Source: Candidatus Saganbacteria bacterium
Lineage (GTDB): Bacteria > Margulisbacteria > WOR-1 > JAKLHX01
Assembly: GCA_026387835.1 (NCBI GenBank)
Contig: JAPLKZ010000006.1
Span: 1-32,000, forward strand
DNA: 32,000 nt
Reading direction: 5' to 3'
Shown here: positions 11,037 through 19,948 of the stretch, piece after piece
Numbering within the stretch: the first letter of the stretch is position 1
Layout: each line of letters starts with the position of its first letter
Translations under genes and position numbers: made by a program
The notes under the pieces: generated by a model
What the model was told of the DNA's origin: nothing
Databases searched by the model: none
Seen by the model: the letters and a program-made list of their open reading frames with translations, nothing else

Positions 11037-11867
11037 CTAATCGCCGAACTGCAGTTTGCCCGTGATAAGGTTGAACAGTCCGAAAACACCGCCCAGATTG
11101 TAAAATCTATCAATATCTGAGGTTGACAGGTATAAAAGTGCTGTAGGCACGTCGAACCTCTCCATCAGGCCTGTCCATCTTTCTTCTCCATGGACTTCCT
11201 GAAAAAGCGAGACCCCACGGATAAAGACCTGAAGCGGCAACTGTTTTCCGTCAGTCACTCCTACATGGAGAGAATGGCTTTTGTGTTCTTCATGTTCAAT
11301 TTTAGAATATTCTGTATCCAGCGCCAATGACAGGCCGATCGCGTTTGCTATAAGGTCCTGATGTCTGGTTATCATCCCTTGACCCGTATCAAAATGGAAC
11401 CAGTTAGCTGTGTTTTGGTCTACGTCCCTTCCTTTAATAATATTTAATGTTGGTCGCAAAAGCGATTGTCTCGCAGATTGTTCCATAGTACCCAGCAGGG
11501 CCATACCAAATGCTACGGGCATTAGCTCGTGCGCCAGAACTCCTGAGATCTTTTCCGGATGCACGCTTCCATCATTCAAAGCCTCTGATATATGTATCGG
11601 TGATGCCATGCATGCGAACGCAACTATATCGGTGTTATAGGAAGGGCCATTAAATGAGGATTTTCTTCTACTTGGATCGAAGCTGTTTAGCACCGTTCTG
11701 ATGATATCCGGGCGTTTTGCCTTATTATCATGATCAAAATATGTCTCAAGAGCTTTGATGCCCACTCTGTTTTTATTAATGCGGATAAAATTCCCAAATC
11801 CGGCTGCGTTCCCCAGCTTAACATGCGTCGCCATAGGATTTTCTGCCGCGACTATACTTGTTGCCAT
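11037..11867 (-). CDS. Hypothetical protein B, 276 aa, unrecognised family (remote paralogue of protein A)
   Basis: The ATG at 11867 lies 8 nt downstream of AAGGAGG. The tracked TTG at 11873 is too close to the SD. There is no signal peptide or TM segment. Anchors TSIVAA..H, LAHELM and EERW...PT are colinear with protein A. Confidence 0.7.
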   Translation of the reverse strand: MATSIVAAENPMATHVKLGNAAGFGNFIRINKNRVGIKALETYFDHDNKAKRPDIIRTVLNSFDPSRRKSSFNGPSYNTDIVAFACMASPIHISEALNDGSVHPEKISGVLAHELMPVAFGMALLGTMEQSARQSLLRPTLNIIKGRDVDQNTANWFHFDTGQGMITRHQDLIANAIGLSLALDTEYSKIEHEEHKSHSLHVGVTDGKQLPLQVFIRGVSLFQEVHGEERWTGLMERFDVPTALLYLSTSDIDRFYNLGGVFGLFNLITGKLQFGD

Positions 11868-11963
11868 GATCAAATCCTCCTTTGTAATTTCATCTTAATT
11901 CGAACTGGGCCTCTGAATAATTAGGCTTTTTTCACCTCAATTATCTATCGTTAACTCCTTGCC

Positions 11964-12033
11964 GAAATTTCACGCATTTTTATAAATCTTCATGTAAAGA
12001 CCGGAAGATTTCCAAAATATTATTTTTGCACAA
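11964..12033 (-). promoter_or_regulatory. Conserved upstream blocks of gene B (same two blocks as upstream of gene A, wider spacing)
   Basis: GAAATTTCACGCATTTTTATAAATCTT lies at 11964-11990 and ATTTTTGCACAA at 12022-12033. The blocks are 31 nt apart here and 10 nt apart upstream of gene A. The 12-nt block also supplies the -35 of the divergent purL promoter. Confidence 0.45.
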
Positions 12034-12054
12034 CTGCCGTTAAAATGATAAAAT
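12026..12054 (+). promoter_or_regulatory. Putative sigma-70 type promoter of purL: TTGCAC-N17-TAAAAT
   Basis: TTGCAC lies at 12026-12031, followed by a 17-nt spacer and TAAAAT at 12049-12054. purL follows a strand switch, so it needs its own promoter in this 190-nt gap. Confidence 0.4.
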
Positions 12055-12063
12055 AAAGTTGAA

Positions 12064-14295
12064 ATGGACGAAAAAATCGTTGCCGAACACGGTCTCAGCA
12101 AAGAAGAATTCAATAAAATAAAGACGATCCTCGGAAGAGAGCCCAATATCGTAGAACTGGGAATGTACAGCGTCCTCTGGAGCGAGCACTGCTCATATAA
12201 GAGCTCTAAAATATACCTCAAGCAATTTCCCACAAAAGGGCCGCATATTCTTCAGGGGCCGGGAGAAAATGCGGGGATAATCGATATCGGCGACGGTTAC
12301 GCGATCACTATGAAGATAGAATCCCACAATCATCCCAGCCAGGTGGAACCTTTCCAGGGCGCGGCGACAGGAGTAGGAGGGATAGTCAGGGATGTTTTTA
12401 CGATGGGAGCCAGGCCGATAGCCTCATTAAATTCACTCAGGTTCGGTCCGCTTTCGGAACCACATAATAGATATCTGTTCGATGGTGTAGTGGCCGGCAT
12501 TTCTTCCTACGGGAATTGTCTGGGGCTGCCGACAGTCGCGGGAGAGGTCTATTTTGACCCTTCATATAGCGGGAATTGCCTGGTGAATGCGATGTGTGTG
12601 GGGATAGTAAAAATCCAAAATAAATCCAAAACTCAAAATCCAAATGAAGAATCGGAAATACCCGATGTGATAGTAAAGGCAAAAGCAGAAGGAATAGGAA
12701 ACCCGGTACTTTATGTGGGCTCTTCGACCGGACGGGACGGGATACACGGGGCGACGTTCGCATCGGTGGAGTTGAATGAGGATTCTACCGAGAGAAGGTC
12801 CAATGTCCAGGTAGGCGACCCTTTCACGGAAAAATTATTGATCGAAGCCTGTCTTGAGCTTCTCAAGACCGGCAATGTCATCGGCATGCAGGACATGGGC
12901 GCGGCAGGGATGACTTCCTCAACATCCGAAATGTCTTCCAGGGGAGGATGCGGGATGGAGATCGATATTTCCAGGGTCCCCCAGAGAGAAGAGGCCATGA
13001 CCCCTTACGAGATAATGCTTTCCGAATCGCAGGAAAGAATGGTCGTCGTGATGAAAAAAGGGACAGAAGACGATGCCTTCAGGATATTCAAAAAATGGGG
13101 GCTTAACGCCGTCGTAATGGGAAAAGTTACGGATGACGGGAGCCTGACGATAAAGGTCAAGGACAAGGTGGTCGCGCAGGTCCCTGCGCGCTCCCTTGCG
13201 GATGATGCGCCAGTTTATGAGAGACCTGTTGAGCAAATCCTAAATCCCCTTCGACTCCGCTCAGGGCAAGCGAAATCCGAAATTCGAAACAAATCCAAAA
13301 TAATAAATTCAAAATCCGGATATAATAAACACCTGTTATCGCTTTTATCTGATCCTAATATTGCGAGCAAGGCGTGGGTCTATGAGCAGTATGACCATAT
13401 GGTCCAAACGAATACTTCCGTGCTTCCGGGCAAAGGTGACGCGGCGGTGCTCCGGATAAAAGGGACCGATAAGATGATCGCGCTCACCACGGACGGTAAC
13501 GGCAGATACTGCTATTTTGATCCCTATAAAGGCGGGATGATAGCTGTTGCCGAAGCGGCAAGGAACCTTGTCTGTGTCGGAGCCAAGCCGATGGCGGTGA
13601 CCGACTGCCTCAATTTCGGGAACCCTGAAAAACCGCAGATAATGCAGCAGTTTAAGCTTTGCGTGAAGGGGCTGGCTGACGCGTGCAGGGCCTTTGAAAC
13701 GCCTGTCGTGTCGGGGAATGTAAGCTTTTACAACGAGACTGACAAAGCCGCCATTTATCCGACGCCCGTCATAGGGATGCTTGGCAGAATAGACAAAAAC
13801 GCGTGCTGCGATATGGCTTTCAGGGATAATGGAGACATCATCGTGCTTTTGGGGGTCAATAAAGAGGAACAGGGAGAGTGCCCTGACATCGACATAGAAC
13901 TTGAAAAAAGCGTGCAAAAAACAGCGTATGAAGCTATAAAGATCGGCGCCGTAAAAAGCGCCCACGATACTTCGGAAGGCGGCCTTGCCGCGGCTCTTTC
14001 CGAATGCTGCATAGAGGGCGGCAGGGGAGCGGTGGTAACGTTTGACGAAAAAATTGACAACGGGTCTCTTCTATTTGACGAGACACAGTCCAGGATAATC
14101 CTGACGATAGATCCTTCCCAGATATTCGTCCTAAATGATATCGCGATGCTTAACAAGACCCCTGTCGATATCATAGGAAAGGTCTCGGGAAAAAGCCTGA
14201 AGATCAGTAACGGAAAGAAAAAGCTCATCGACATGCCGGTCAACAGACTTTCCACTGCATATAAGAGCGCAATTTCCGATATAATGGGAGCTTAA
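12064..14295 (+). CDS. purL: Phosphoribosylformylglycinamidine synthase subunit PurL (FGAM synthase II)
   Basis: The protein is 743 aa. It contains [66 protein letters not shown] and a duplicated AIR-synthase-like half. It also contains two unusual low-complexity patches (see findings). Confidence 0.93.
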   Translation: MDEKIVAEHGLSKEEFNKIKTILGREPNIVELGMYSVLWSEHCSYKSSKIYLKQFPTKGPHILQGPGENAGIIDIGDGYAITMKIESHNHPSQVEPFQGAATGVGGIVRDVFTMGARPIASLNSLRFGPLSEPHNRYLFDGVVAGISSYGNCLGLPTVAGEVYFDPSYSGNCLVNAMCVGIVKIQNKSKTQNPNEESEIPDVIVKAKAEGIGNPVLYVGSSTGRDGIHGATFASVELNEDSTERRSNVQVGDPFTEKLLIEACLELLKTGNVIGMQDMGAAGMTSSTSEMSSRGGCGMEIDISRVPQREEAMTPYEIMLSESQERMVVVMKKGTEDDAFRIFKKWGLNAVVMGKVTDDGSLTIKVKDKVVAQVPARSLADDAPVYERPVEQILNPLRLRSGQAKSEIRNKSKIINSKSGYNKHLLSLLSDPNIASKAWVYEQYDHMVQTNTSVLPGKGDAAVLRIKGTDKMIALTTDGNGRYCYFDPYKGGMIAVAEAARNLVCVGAKPMAVTDCLNFGNPEKPQIMQQFKLCVKGLADACRAFETPVVSGNVSFYNETDKAAIYPTPVIGMLGRIDKNACCDMAFRDNGDIIVLLGVNKEEQGECPDIDIELEKSVQKTAYEAIKIGAVKSAHDTSEGGLAAALSECCIEGGRGAVVTFDEKIDNGSLLFDETQSRIILTIDPSQIFVLNDIAMLNKTPVDIIGKVSGKSLKISNGKKKLIDMPVNRLSTAYKSAISDIMGA

Positions 14296-14296
14296 A

Positions 14297-14914
14297 TTGG
14301 AAGCAACAGGCATAGTAGTACTTCTGATATTTGTAGTGACTATCCTTTCAAGCATGGGAGGGAAAGCCCCGGAACGGCCAGTTCCCACACCTACGGCGCA
14401 GGTCATACAGATAGATGTTTCAACGCTCCCTCCGGCAACTTATACACAGGCGTTGGATCCGGAGACGGAAAGTGCTGTCTCCAGGTATATCGCTTCACAT
14501 GCTAAAAAGATCTCTCAGGATGATGCCAGAACGATCTCTGACGCTGTGATAAAATACTGCCAACAATATGACATAAACCCTAAGTTGCTGACGGGGATGA
14601 TCGAAAGAGAATCCGGCTTTGACCCGACATGCGTCTCGCCTTCCAATGCCCAGGGCCTTGCGCAGCTACTACCTTCAACGGCAGCCGGTATCGGGATAAG
14701 GGACCCGTTCGACCTTGATCAAGGCGTTAAAGGATCGGCCCTTTATCTCAGGATGATGATGGACAGATGGCCGGGATACCCGAACCAGGTCGCACTGGCG
14801 CTTGCTTCTTACGCCGAAGGCCCAAACCAGGTCAGCAGGAACGGAGCGGCTTACTCGGAAGCGACTGCCGGTTATATCCGGGATATTATCAATATTTGTA
14901 ATTCTATAAAATAG
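14297..14914 (+). CDS. Lytic transglycosylase (SLT domain) with N-terminal membrane anchor
   Basis: It has ERESGFDP...SNAQGLAQLLPSTA, which is the catalytic Glu-Ser and AQGLMQ-type SLT motif. The N-terminal segment VVLLIFVVTILS is hydrophobic. The tracked start is a TTG 2 nt after the purL stop; an ATG at 14354 is an alternative. Confidence 0.8.
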   Translation: MEATGIVVLLIFVVTILSSMGGKAPERPVPTPTAQVIQIDVSTLPPATYTQALDPETESAVSRYIASHAKKISQDDARTISDAVIKYCQQYDINPKLLTGMIERESGFDPTCVSPSNAQGLAQLLPSTAAGIGIRDPFDLDQGVKGSALYLRMMMDRWPGYPNQVALALASYAEGPNQVSRNGAAYSEATAGYIRDIINICNSIK

Positions 14915-14989
14915 CATTATCATGGCGGGCCATGAACCATGCGCTTCGCTTAGGTTTATGGCAGGCAAATTGCTCATGATCCACGCAGG

Positions 14990-15601
14990 ATGCTCGAAGA
15001 ACTCTTCAAGAACAATAAAAAACTTTTTTACGGCTTAGCCATCGCCTTATTTATTCTCGGCGGGCTGGTCACAGTGTACAACAGGATGTCGAAAAATCCT
15101 ACAATCCCGGACGAAACACAGGGATTCAATAATATTCAGGTGCAGGAACAAAAGCCTCTGGAGATCTATGTCCATATCGCGGGGGCGGTAAAAAGGCCCG
15201 GATTATACAGATTTGACCCGTCATGCAGGGCAGCTGACGCTGTCATTGCCGCGGGAGGTTTTGTGCGGAACGCTGATGAAGGAAAGATAAATCTTGCGCA
15301 GCCACTGAAGGATGGGCAAAAATTGGATATACCGTTTTCGGGAGAAATTCCGCTGACAACAAAGGCCAAAGAAGCCGGAAAAGAAAAAAAGACCGGAAAA
15401 GGAGCCGAAATAATAAATATAAACAGTGCAGATGAGAAAGGGCTTGAAAATATCCCCTGCGTCGGGCCTTCTCTTGCGAAAAAGATAGCGGACTTCAGGA
15501 CCGTAAACGGACCTTTCCAAAATATAGAAGACCTTAAAAATGTTCCTGGGGTGGGGGATAAGAAGTTTGAAAAACTTAGGCCGTACATCACGGTCAACTG
15601 A
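14990..15601 (+). CDS. comEA: Competence protein ComEA (DNA receptor: TM anchor, SLBB-like domain, C-terminal helix-hairpin-helix)
   Basis: N-terminal TM segment, IYVHIAGAVKRPGLYRF (SLBB) and C-terminal ININSA....L..IPGVGP.LAKKI...R..NGPF...EDL..V.GVG. Confidence 0.85.
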   Translation: MLEELFKNNKKLFYGLAIALFILGGLVTVYNRMSKNPTIPDETQGFNNIQVQEQKPLEIYVHIAGAVKRPGLYRFDPSCRAADAVIAAGGFVRNADEGKINLAQPLKDGQKLDIPFSGEIPLTTKAKEAGKEKKTGKGAEIININSADEKGLENIPCVGPSLAKKIADFRTVNGPFQNIEDLKNVPGVGDKKFEKLRPYITVN

Positions 15602-15615
15602 TCCGGGGTAGTAAT

Positions 15616-17823
15616 ATGAACCGCCCTTTGGTCGTCATAACTCTTATATATATAACCATTATAATAGCGGTGCATCAACTGACCGGTGCTTTTGGAGGCG
15701 GAAGTAAAAAAGAGTTCTCAAGGTATGTGACCCTTGCCGGCACTGTCGACAGCGAGCCTGTCTTCGGTGAAAAGACCATATCTTTTGTGTTGAAGGCTAA
15801 ATACTTAATAAAGAACAAGAAGCAAGTCCCTTTTGGCAAAAAAATAGTTGTTTTTCTGCTGGACAAGGGCGCTAAGGTATCATACGGAGACCTTGTAAGG
15901 TTAAAAGGCATCATTAGCAGCGCAAAAGAGCCGTCCAATCCGGACCAGTTTGATTACGGCGGCTTTCTGGAAAGATCGGGAGTTGCCGGACAATTATCGG
16001 TTTTTGATCCGTCAGAAAATAATTTTAAAGTAATGGCAAAAGATAAAGGTAATATCTTTATCTCGCAAAGCCTGAAGCTTAAGGACCGCCTGATAGCGGC
16101 GCATAAAAAGAATATGCCCGAACCTTATGCCTCGGTCTTTGGCAGTGTCATTTTCGGATTAAAGGCCTCTCCGGTATCCGACGAGATAAAAAGTGATTTT
16201 CAAAGGTCCGGAGTGATGCATATCCTTGTCGCATCCGGACAGCAGGTATCGATACTCATCGGAGTTACGATGGCGGCAGGGAGGCTGATCGGCCTTTCCG
16301 AAGGATTTACGGCCGTTATCACTTCTTTGATAATATGGTCGTTCACGGCGATGGCCGGGTTCGGGTCCTCGATACTGCGTGCCGCAATAATGGGCCAGGT
16401 GGTCATCGCGGCGCCGATACTCGGCAGGGAAAGCGATTTTTACAGCTCTTTCGCGCTTTCGGCTCTCATCCTGCTCGTGATCAACCCGTTCAACCTGTTC
16501 GATATCGGTTTCCAGCTGTCATTCCTCGCGACATGGTCGCTCGTGTACGCGGCTCCTGTCATCGAATCAGAGCTCTCAAAACATATGCACAAGCTGCTTT
16601 CTTCGTCCCTTTCGGTCGCCGCGGCACCCGTACTGGTGACGATCCCGATATCCGTGTTCTATTTTTCGCAGATGACTTTCATCGCGTTCATCTCGAATAT
16701 ATTAGTGGTGCCGCTTGCCGAAGCTCTTACGACGATAGGCTTCATATCGACCGCGGTCTCCGCTTTTTTCGAGCCGGCCGCGGCCGCTGTCGACGGGATC
16801 AACTATATCCTTACAAAACTTCTCTGCGTGCTTGCCCGGTCGTTCGCGTCAGTACCTTCGGCGTGCGCGTACGTAAGACAGCCGCATATAATACTAGTCT
16901 TGATATATTATTGTTTTGTTGTATATTTAATTGAAGAGATCCGGAAAGAAAGGCTCATCAAAATGATCGGAAAATTCAAGCATACCGCGGCCGTTCTTCT
17001 GCTGCTCGGCTTTCTTTTATTTTCGATCTCACCTGTCGTCCTTGCGAAGCAGGACCTTAAGGTGACCGTCCTAGACGTCGGGCAGGGCGACAGTATTTTT
17101 ATTAAAATGCCTGACGGCGAGAACATACTGATCGACGGCGGGACCGGCAAAGCGGGCAAGAATATCGTCCTTCCTTTCCTGCAAAAACAGGGGGTGAACA
17201 TGCTGGACTATGCGGTACTGACGCACCCGCATGAGGACCATCTCGGAGGGCTCTTAAATATTATCGGGAAAGTAAAGGTCAATACCATTATGGACAGCGG
17301 TTACGGGGAAACTTCGGGTTTCTATTACAGTTTCCTGCAGCTTGTGCAGTCCAACAAGATAAAGTATCTGAAGGGGAGGGCCGGCCAGATCTACAGGTTC
17401 GGCGGAGCGACTCTCGAGGTCCTGGCTCCTTTTAATACGGAGATCACCGGCACTATTTCGGATCCCAACAACAATTCTATAGTAATGAGGCTGCTTTACG
17501 GCAATACCTCGTTCCTTTTTGCGGGAGATGCCGCGTTCGAGGAAGAGAACGAAATACTTAGCAGGTTCAAAAATATCAAAAGCGGCATCCTGAAAATAGG
17601 GCACCACGGAAGCGCGACCTCATCATCCTATGATTTCATAAAGGCTGTGTCGCCCGGGACGGCGATGATATCCGTAGGTCTGAACAACAGGTATAATCTT
17701 CCCAGCAAAAGGACCGTCATGTTGCTCGAAAAACTGGGGATCAATATCGTCCGGACCGACATGCGCGGAGCGATAATCCTTACCAGTGACGGCAGATCGG
17801 TCAAAGTGACAACGATCAAATAG
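15616..17823 (+). CDS. comEC: DNA internalization competence protein ComEC/Rec2
   Basis: The protein is 735 aa. It has a polytopic competence domain (GV.HILVASGQQVSIL) and a C-terminal metallo-beta-lactamase domain (VLDVGQGDS...THPHEDHLGG). Confidence 0.9.
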   Translation: MNRPLVVITLIYITIIIAVHQLTGAFGGGSKKEFSRYVTLAGTVDSEPVFGEKTISFVLKAKYLIKNKKQVPFGKKIVVFLLDKGAKVSYGDLVRLKGIISSAKEPSNPDQFDYGGFLERSGVAGQLSVFDPSENNFKVMAKDKGNIFISQSLKLKDRLIAAHKKNMPEPYASVFGSVIFGLKASPVSDEIKSDFQRSGVMHILVASGQQVSILIGVTMAAGRLIGLSEGFTAVITSLIIWSFTAMAGFGSSILRAAIMGQVVIAAPILGRESDFYSSFALSALILLVINPFNLFDIGFQLSFLATWSLVYAAPVIESELSKHMHKLLSSSLSVAAAPVLVTIPISVFYFSQMTFIAFISNILVVPLAEALTTIGFISTAVSAFFEPAAAAVDGINYILTKLLCVLARSFASVPSACAYVRQPHIILVLIYYCFVVYLIEEIRKERLIKMIGKFKHTAAVLLLLGFLLFSISPVVLAKQDLKVTVLDVGQGDSIFIKMPDGENILIDGGTGKAGKNIVLPFLQKQGVNMLDYAVLTHPHEDHLGGLLNIIGKVKVNTIMDSGYGETSGFYYSFLQLVQSNKIKYLKGRAGQIYRFGGATLEVLAPFNTEITGTISDPNNNSIVMRLLYGNTSFLFAGDAAFEEENEILSRFKNIKSGILKIGHHGSATSSSYDFIKAVSPGTAMISVGLNNRYNLPSKRTVMLLEKLGINIVRTDMRGAIILTSDGRSVKVTTIK

Positions 17824-17869
17824 ACCTCGATAACAAGGTCATGATATAATCTTTAAAAAGGTATTATAT

Positions 17870-18886
17870 ATGGCAAAAAAATACGATATAGCCGTGCTTG
17901 GCGCGACCGGAATGGTCGGCCAGGAGATGTTAAGAGTGCTTGAGGAAAGAAATTTTCCCGTTGGAAGATTATTGCCTCTGGCATCTCAGAGGACCGCAGG
18001 CTCGGCCGTAAAATTTAAAGGGCAAACGCTCAAAGTCGAACTCGCAGAACCTGATTCCTTCAAAGGCATACAGATAGGCCTTTTTTCGGCCGGAGCATCG
18101 ATATCCGAAAAATTCGCTCCGGAAGCGGTCAAAAGAGGAACGGTCATCATCGATAACACTTCATTTTTCAGGATGGACCCGGAAGTCCCCCTGGTCGTGC
18201 CCGAAGTGAACCCTCAGGCGATAAAAAGGCATAAAGGGATAATAGCGAATCCGAACTGCTCGACCGCGCAGATGGTGGTTGTACTGAAACCCATCCATGA
18301 CGCGTTCAAGATCAAAAGAATAGTCGTTTCCACTTATCAATCGGTGTCAGGATGGGGAAAAGAAGCGGTAGATGAGCTCTATGCCCAGATGAAAGCCTGG
18401 CTCGACAAAAAGCCTATTGAGGTCAAAATACTGCCAAAGCAGATACTTCTGAATGTCATACCGCAGATAGATTCCTTTGTCGAAAGCGGCTACACAAAAG
18501 AAGAACTGAAGATGATAAACGAGACCAAAAAAATAATGGAAGATGATTCTATAGCGGTGACGGCCACGACCGTGAGGGTCCCCGTTATCATCGGTCACAG
18601 CGAAGCGGTCAATATCGAGACCGTAAGGCCGGTCACGGCGGAAGCTGTCAGGGACCTTTTGCGCAAAGCGCCCGGGGTAAAAGTCGTCGACGACCCAAAA
18701 AATAAGGAATATCCGACTGCCATAGATTGTGTCGGGATCGACGATGCTCTTGTCGGCCGCATAAGGAAAGACCCGTCTGTTCCGAACGGGATCGACCTCT
18801 GGATCGTTTCCGACAACCTGCGAAAAGGCGCGGCGACAAATGCCGTGCAGATAGCCGAAGAAATGATAGAACAGGGGCTTTTATGA
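17870..18886 (+). CDS. asd: Aspartate-semialdehyde dehydrogenase
   Basis: GATGMVGQ Rossmann motif and active-site IANPNCSTAQ. Length is 338 aa. C-terminal DNLRKGAA. Confidence 0.93.
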   Translation: MAKKYDIAVLGATGMVGQEMLRVLEERNFPVGRLLPLASQRTAGSAVKFKGQTLKVELAEPDSFKGIQIGLFSAGASISEKFAPEAVKRGTVIIDNTSFFRMDPEVPLVVPEVNPQAIKRHKGIIANPNCSTAQMVVVLKPIHDAFKIKRIVVSTYQSVSGWGKEAVDELYAQMKAWLDKKPIEVKILPKQILLNVIPQIDSFVESGYTKEELKMINETKKIMEDDSIAVTATTVRVPVIIGHSEAVNIETVRPVTAEAVRDLLRKAPGVKVVDDPKNKEYPTAIDCVGIDDALVGRIRKDPSVPNGIDLWIVSDNLRKGAATNAVQIAEEMIEQGLL

Positions 18887-19914
18887 GGAAGGAATATTTA
18901 ATAAAAAAGTCCCCATATGTGGATTTTCTCCAAAGGGTGCTTGTGCCTTTTTGCGTGGTGTTGGGGACGATCTCTATCGGTACGGTCGGATATATCATCA
19001 TCGAGAAAATGTCGTTCCTGGATGCCGTTTACGTGACATTGACGACGATCTCGACCACAAGCGCTCATATCCAGATCAAACCTTTCTCCGTTGCAGGAGA
19101 GATGTTTTCAGTGCTTTTCGTGTTCATCGCGGTCTTCACGGTGATCTACGCGGCAGGAGCAATAATTGAGTTCATCGTCGAGGGGAACATGATCGGATTA
19201 AGAAGGAGGAGAAAAATGGATAAAATGCTTGAAAGTATCAAAGACCATTACATTATTTCGGGTTTCGGAAGAGTAGGGCACACGATAGCCCAGCAGTTTG
19301 CAGCGGAAAGAATTCCGTTCGTAGTAATAGATGCGAAACCGGAAACAGCCAACGAGCTTGAACCAAAAGGCATACCTTTCGTGATAGGTAATGTCTCATC
19401 CGATGAAGTGCTGGAAAAAGCCGGGATCAAAAGAGCCAAAGGTCTGGTAGCGGCAGCTGACTCCGATACCGAGAATGTCTATGTCACGCTGACGGCAAAG
19501 GTAATGAACCCCTCGCTCTTTGTCATCGCGAGAGCGGGCCACAAAGAGACTGAAAACAAATTAAAAAAAGCGGGCGCGGACAAGATGATCTCGCCGTATT
19601 TCATTGCCGGGAGCAAGATGGCTTCAATGGCGATAAGGCCGGTATCCGTTGATTTTCTGGACAATGTGATCGGGACCGAGAACGTAGAGCTCTGTATGAA
19701 AGAGATCACGGTCAAAGAAAATACCCACCTTGCAGGCAGGACCCTGGGAGAAGCGCAGATAAGGCAGGTATCAGGAGCGATAATCCTTACGATAAAAAAG
19801 AAGGACGGCAAGTTCGAGGTCACTCCGAAAGCGGACAGCAGAATGAACGTTGGCGACATCATAATCGCGCTTGGCACGGGCGAGCAGCTTGAACGGTTGC
19901 AAAAGTTGGCGTGA
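18883..19914 (+). CDS. Two-TM ion-channel-like protein with cytoplasmic RCK (TrkA-N/TrkA-C) domains and a non-canonical pore filter
   Basis: The ATG at 18883 overlaps the asd stop (ATGA). The tracked 52-aa N-terminal extension is Arg/Cys-rich and overlaps asd, so it was discarded. Architecture is TM1, pore helix and TM2, then ISGFGRVGHTIAQQF (a Rossmann-type RCK domain) and a TrkA-C-like end. Confidence 0.8.
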   Translation: MRKEYLIKKSPYVDFLQRVLVPFCVVLGTISIGTVGYIIIEKMSFLDAVYVTLTTISTTSAHIQIKPFSVAGEMFSVLFVFIAVFTVIYAAGAIIEFIVEGNMIGLRRRRKMDKMLESIKDHYIISGFGRVGHTIAQQFAAERIPFVVIDAKPETANELEPKGIPFVIGNVSSDEVLEKAGIKRAKGLVAAADSDTENVYVTLTAKVMNPSLFVIARAGHKETENKLKKAGADKMISPYFIAGSKMASMAIRPVSVDFLDNVIGTENVELCMKEITVKENTHLAGRTLGEAQIRQVSGAIILTIKKKDGKFEVTPKADSRMNVGDIIIALGTGEQLERLQKLA

Positions 19915-19948
19915 ATGATCTTAAGAGAACAGGAAATAGGAGCAAAAC

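Noticed and set aside
12611-13320. I considered the AAATCC-rich patches as a CRISPR array, a microsatellite locus, or an intein/intron in purL.
   Set aside because: The repeats are only 9-10 nt with irregular 11-14 nt spacing and sit in frame in a continuous ORF. There are no spacer-repeat architecture and no intein splice motifs.
14926-14941. I considered the palindrome TCATGGC-GG-GCCATGA after the transglycosylase gene as a terminator.
   Set aside because: The loop is too small, no T-tract follows, and comEA starts 50 nt downstream on the same strand.
18727-18882. I considered the 52-aa N-terminal extension of the channel ORF given in the ORF track.
   Set aside because: It lies entirely inside asd in another frame and is Arg/Cys-rich nonsense-like sequence. 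The ATG at 18883, with an ATGA overlap to the asd stop, gives a sensible TM1 start.
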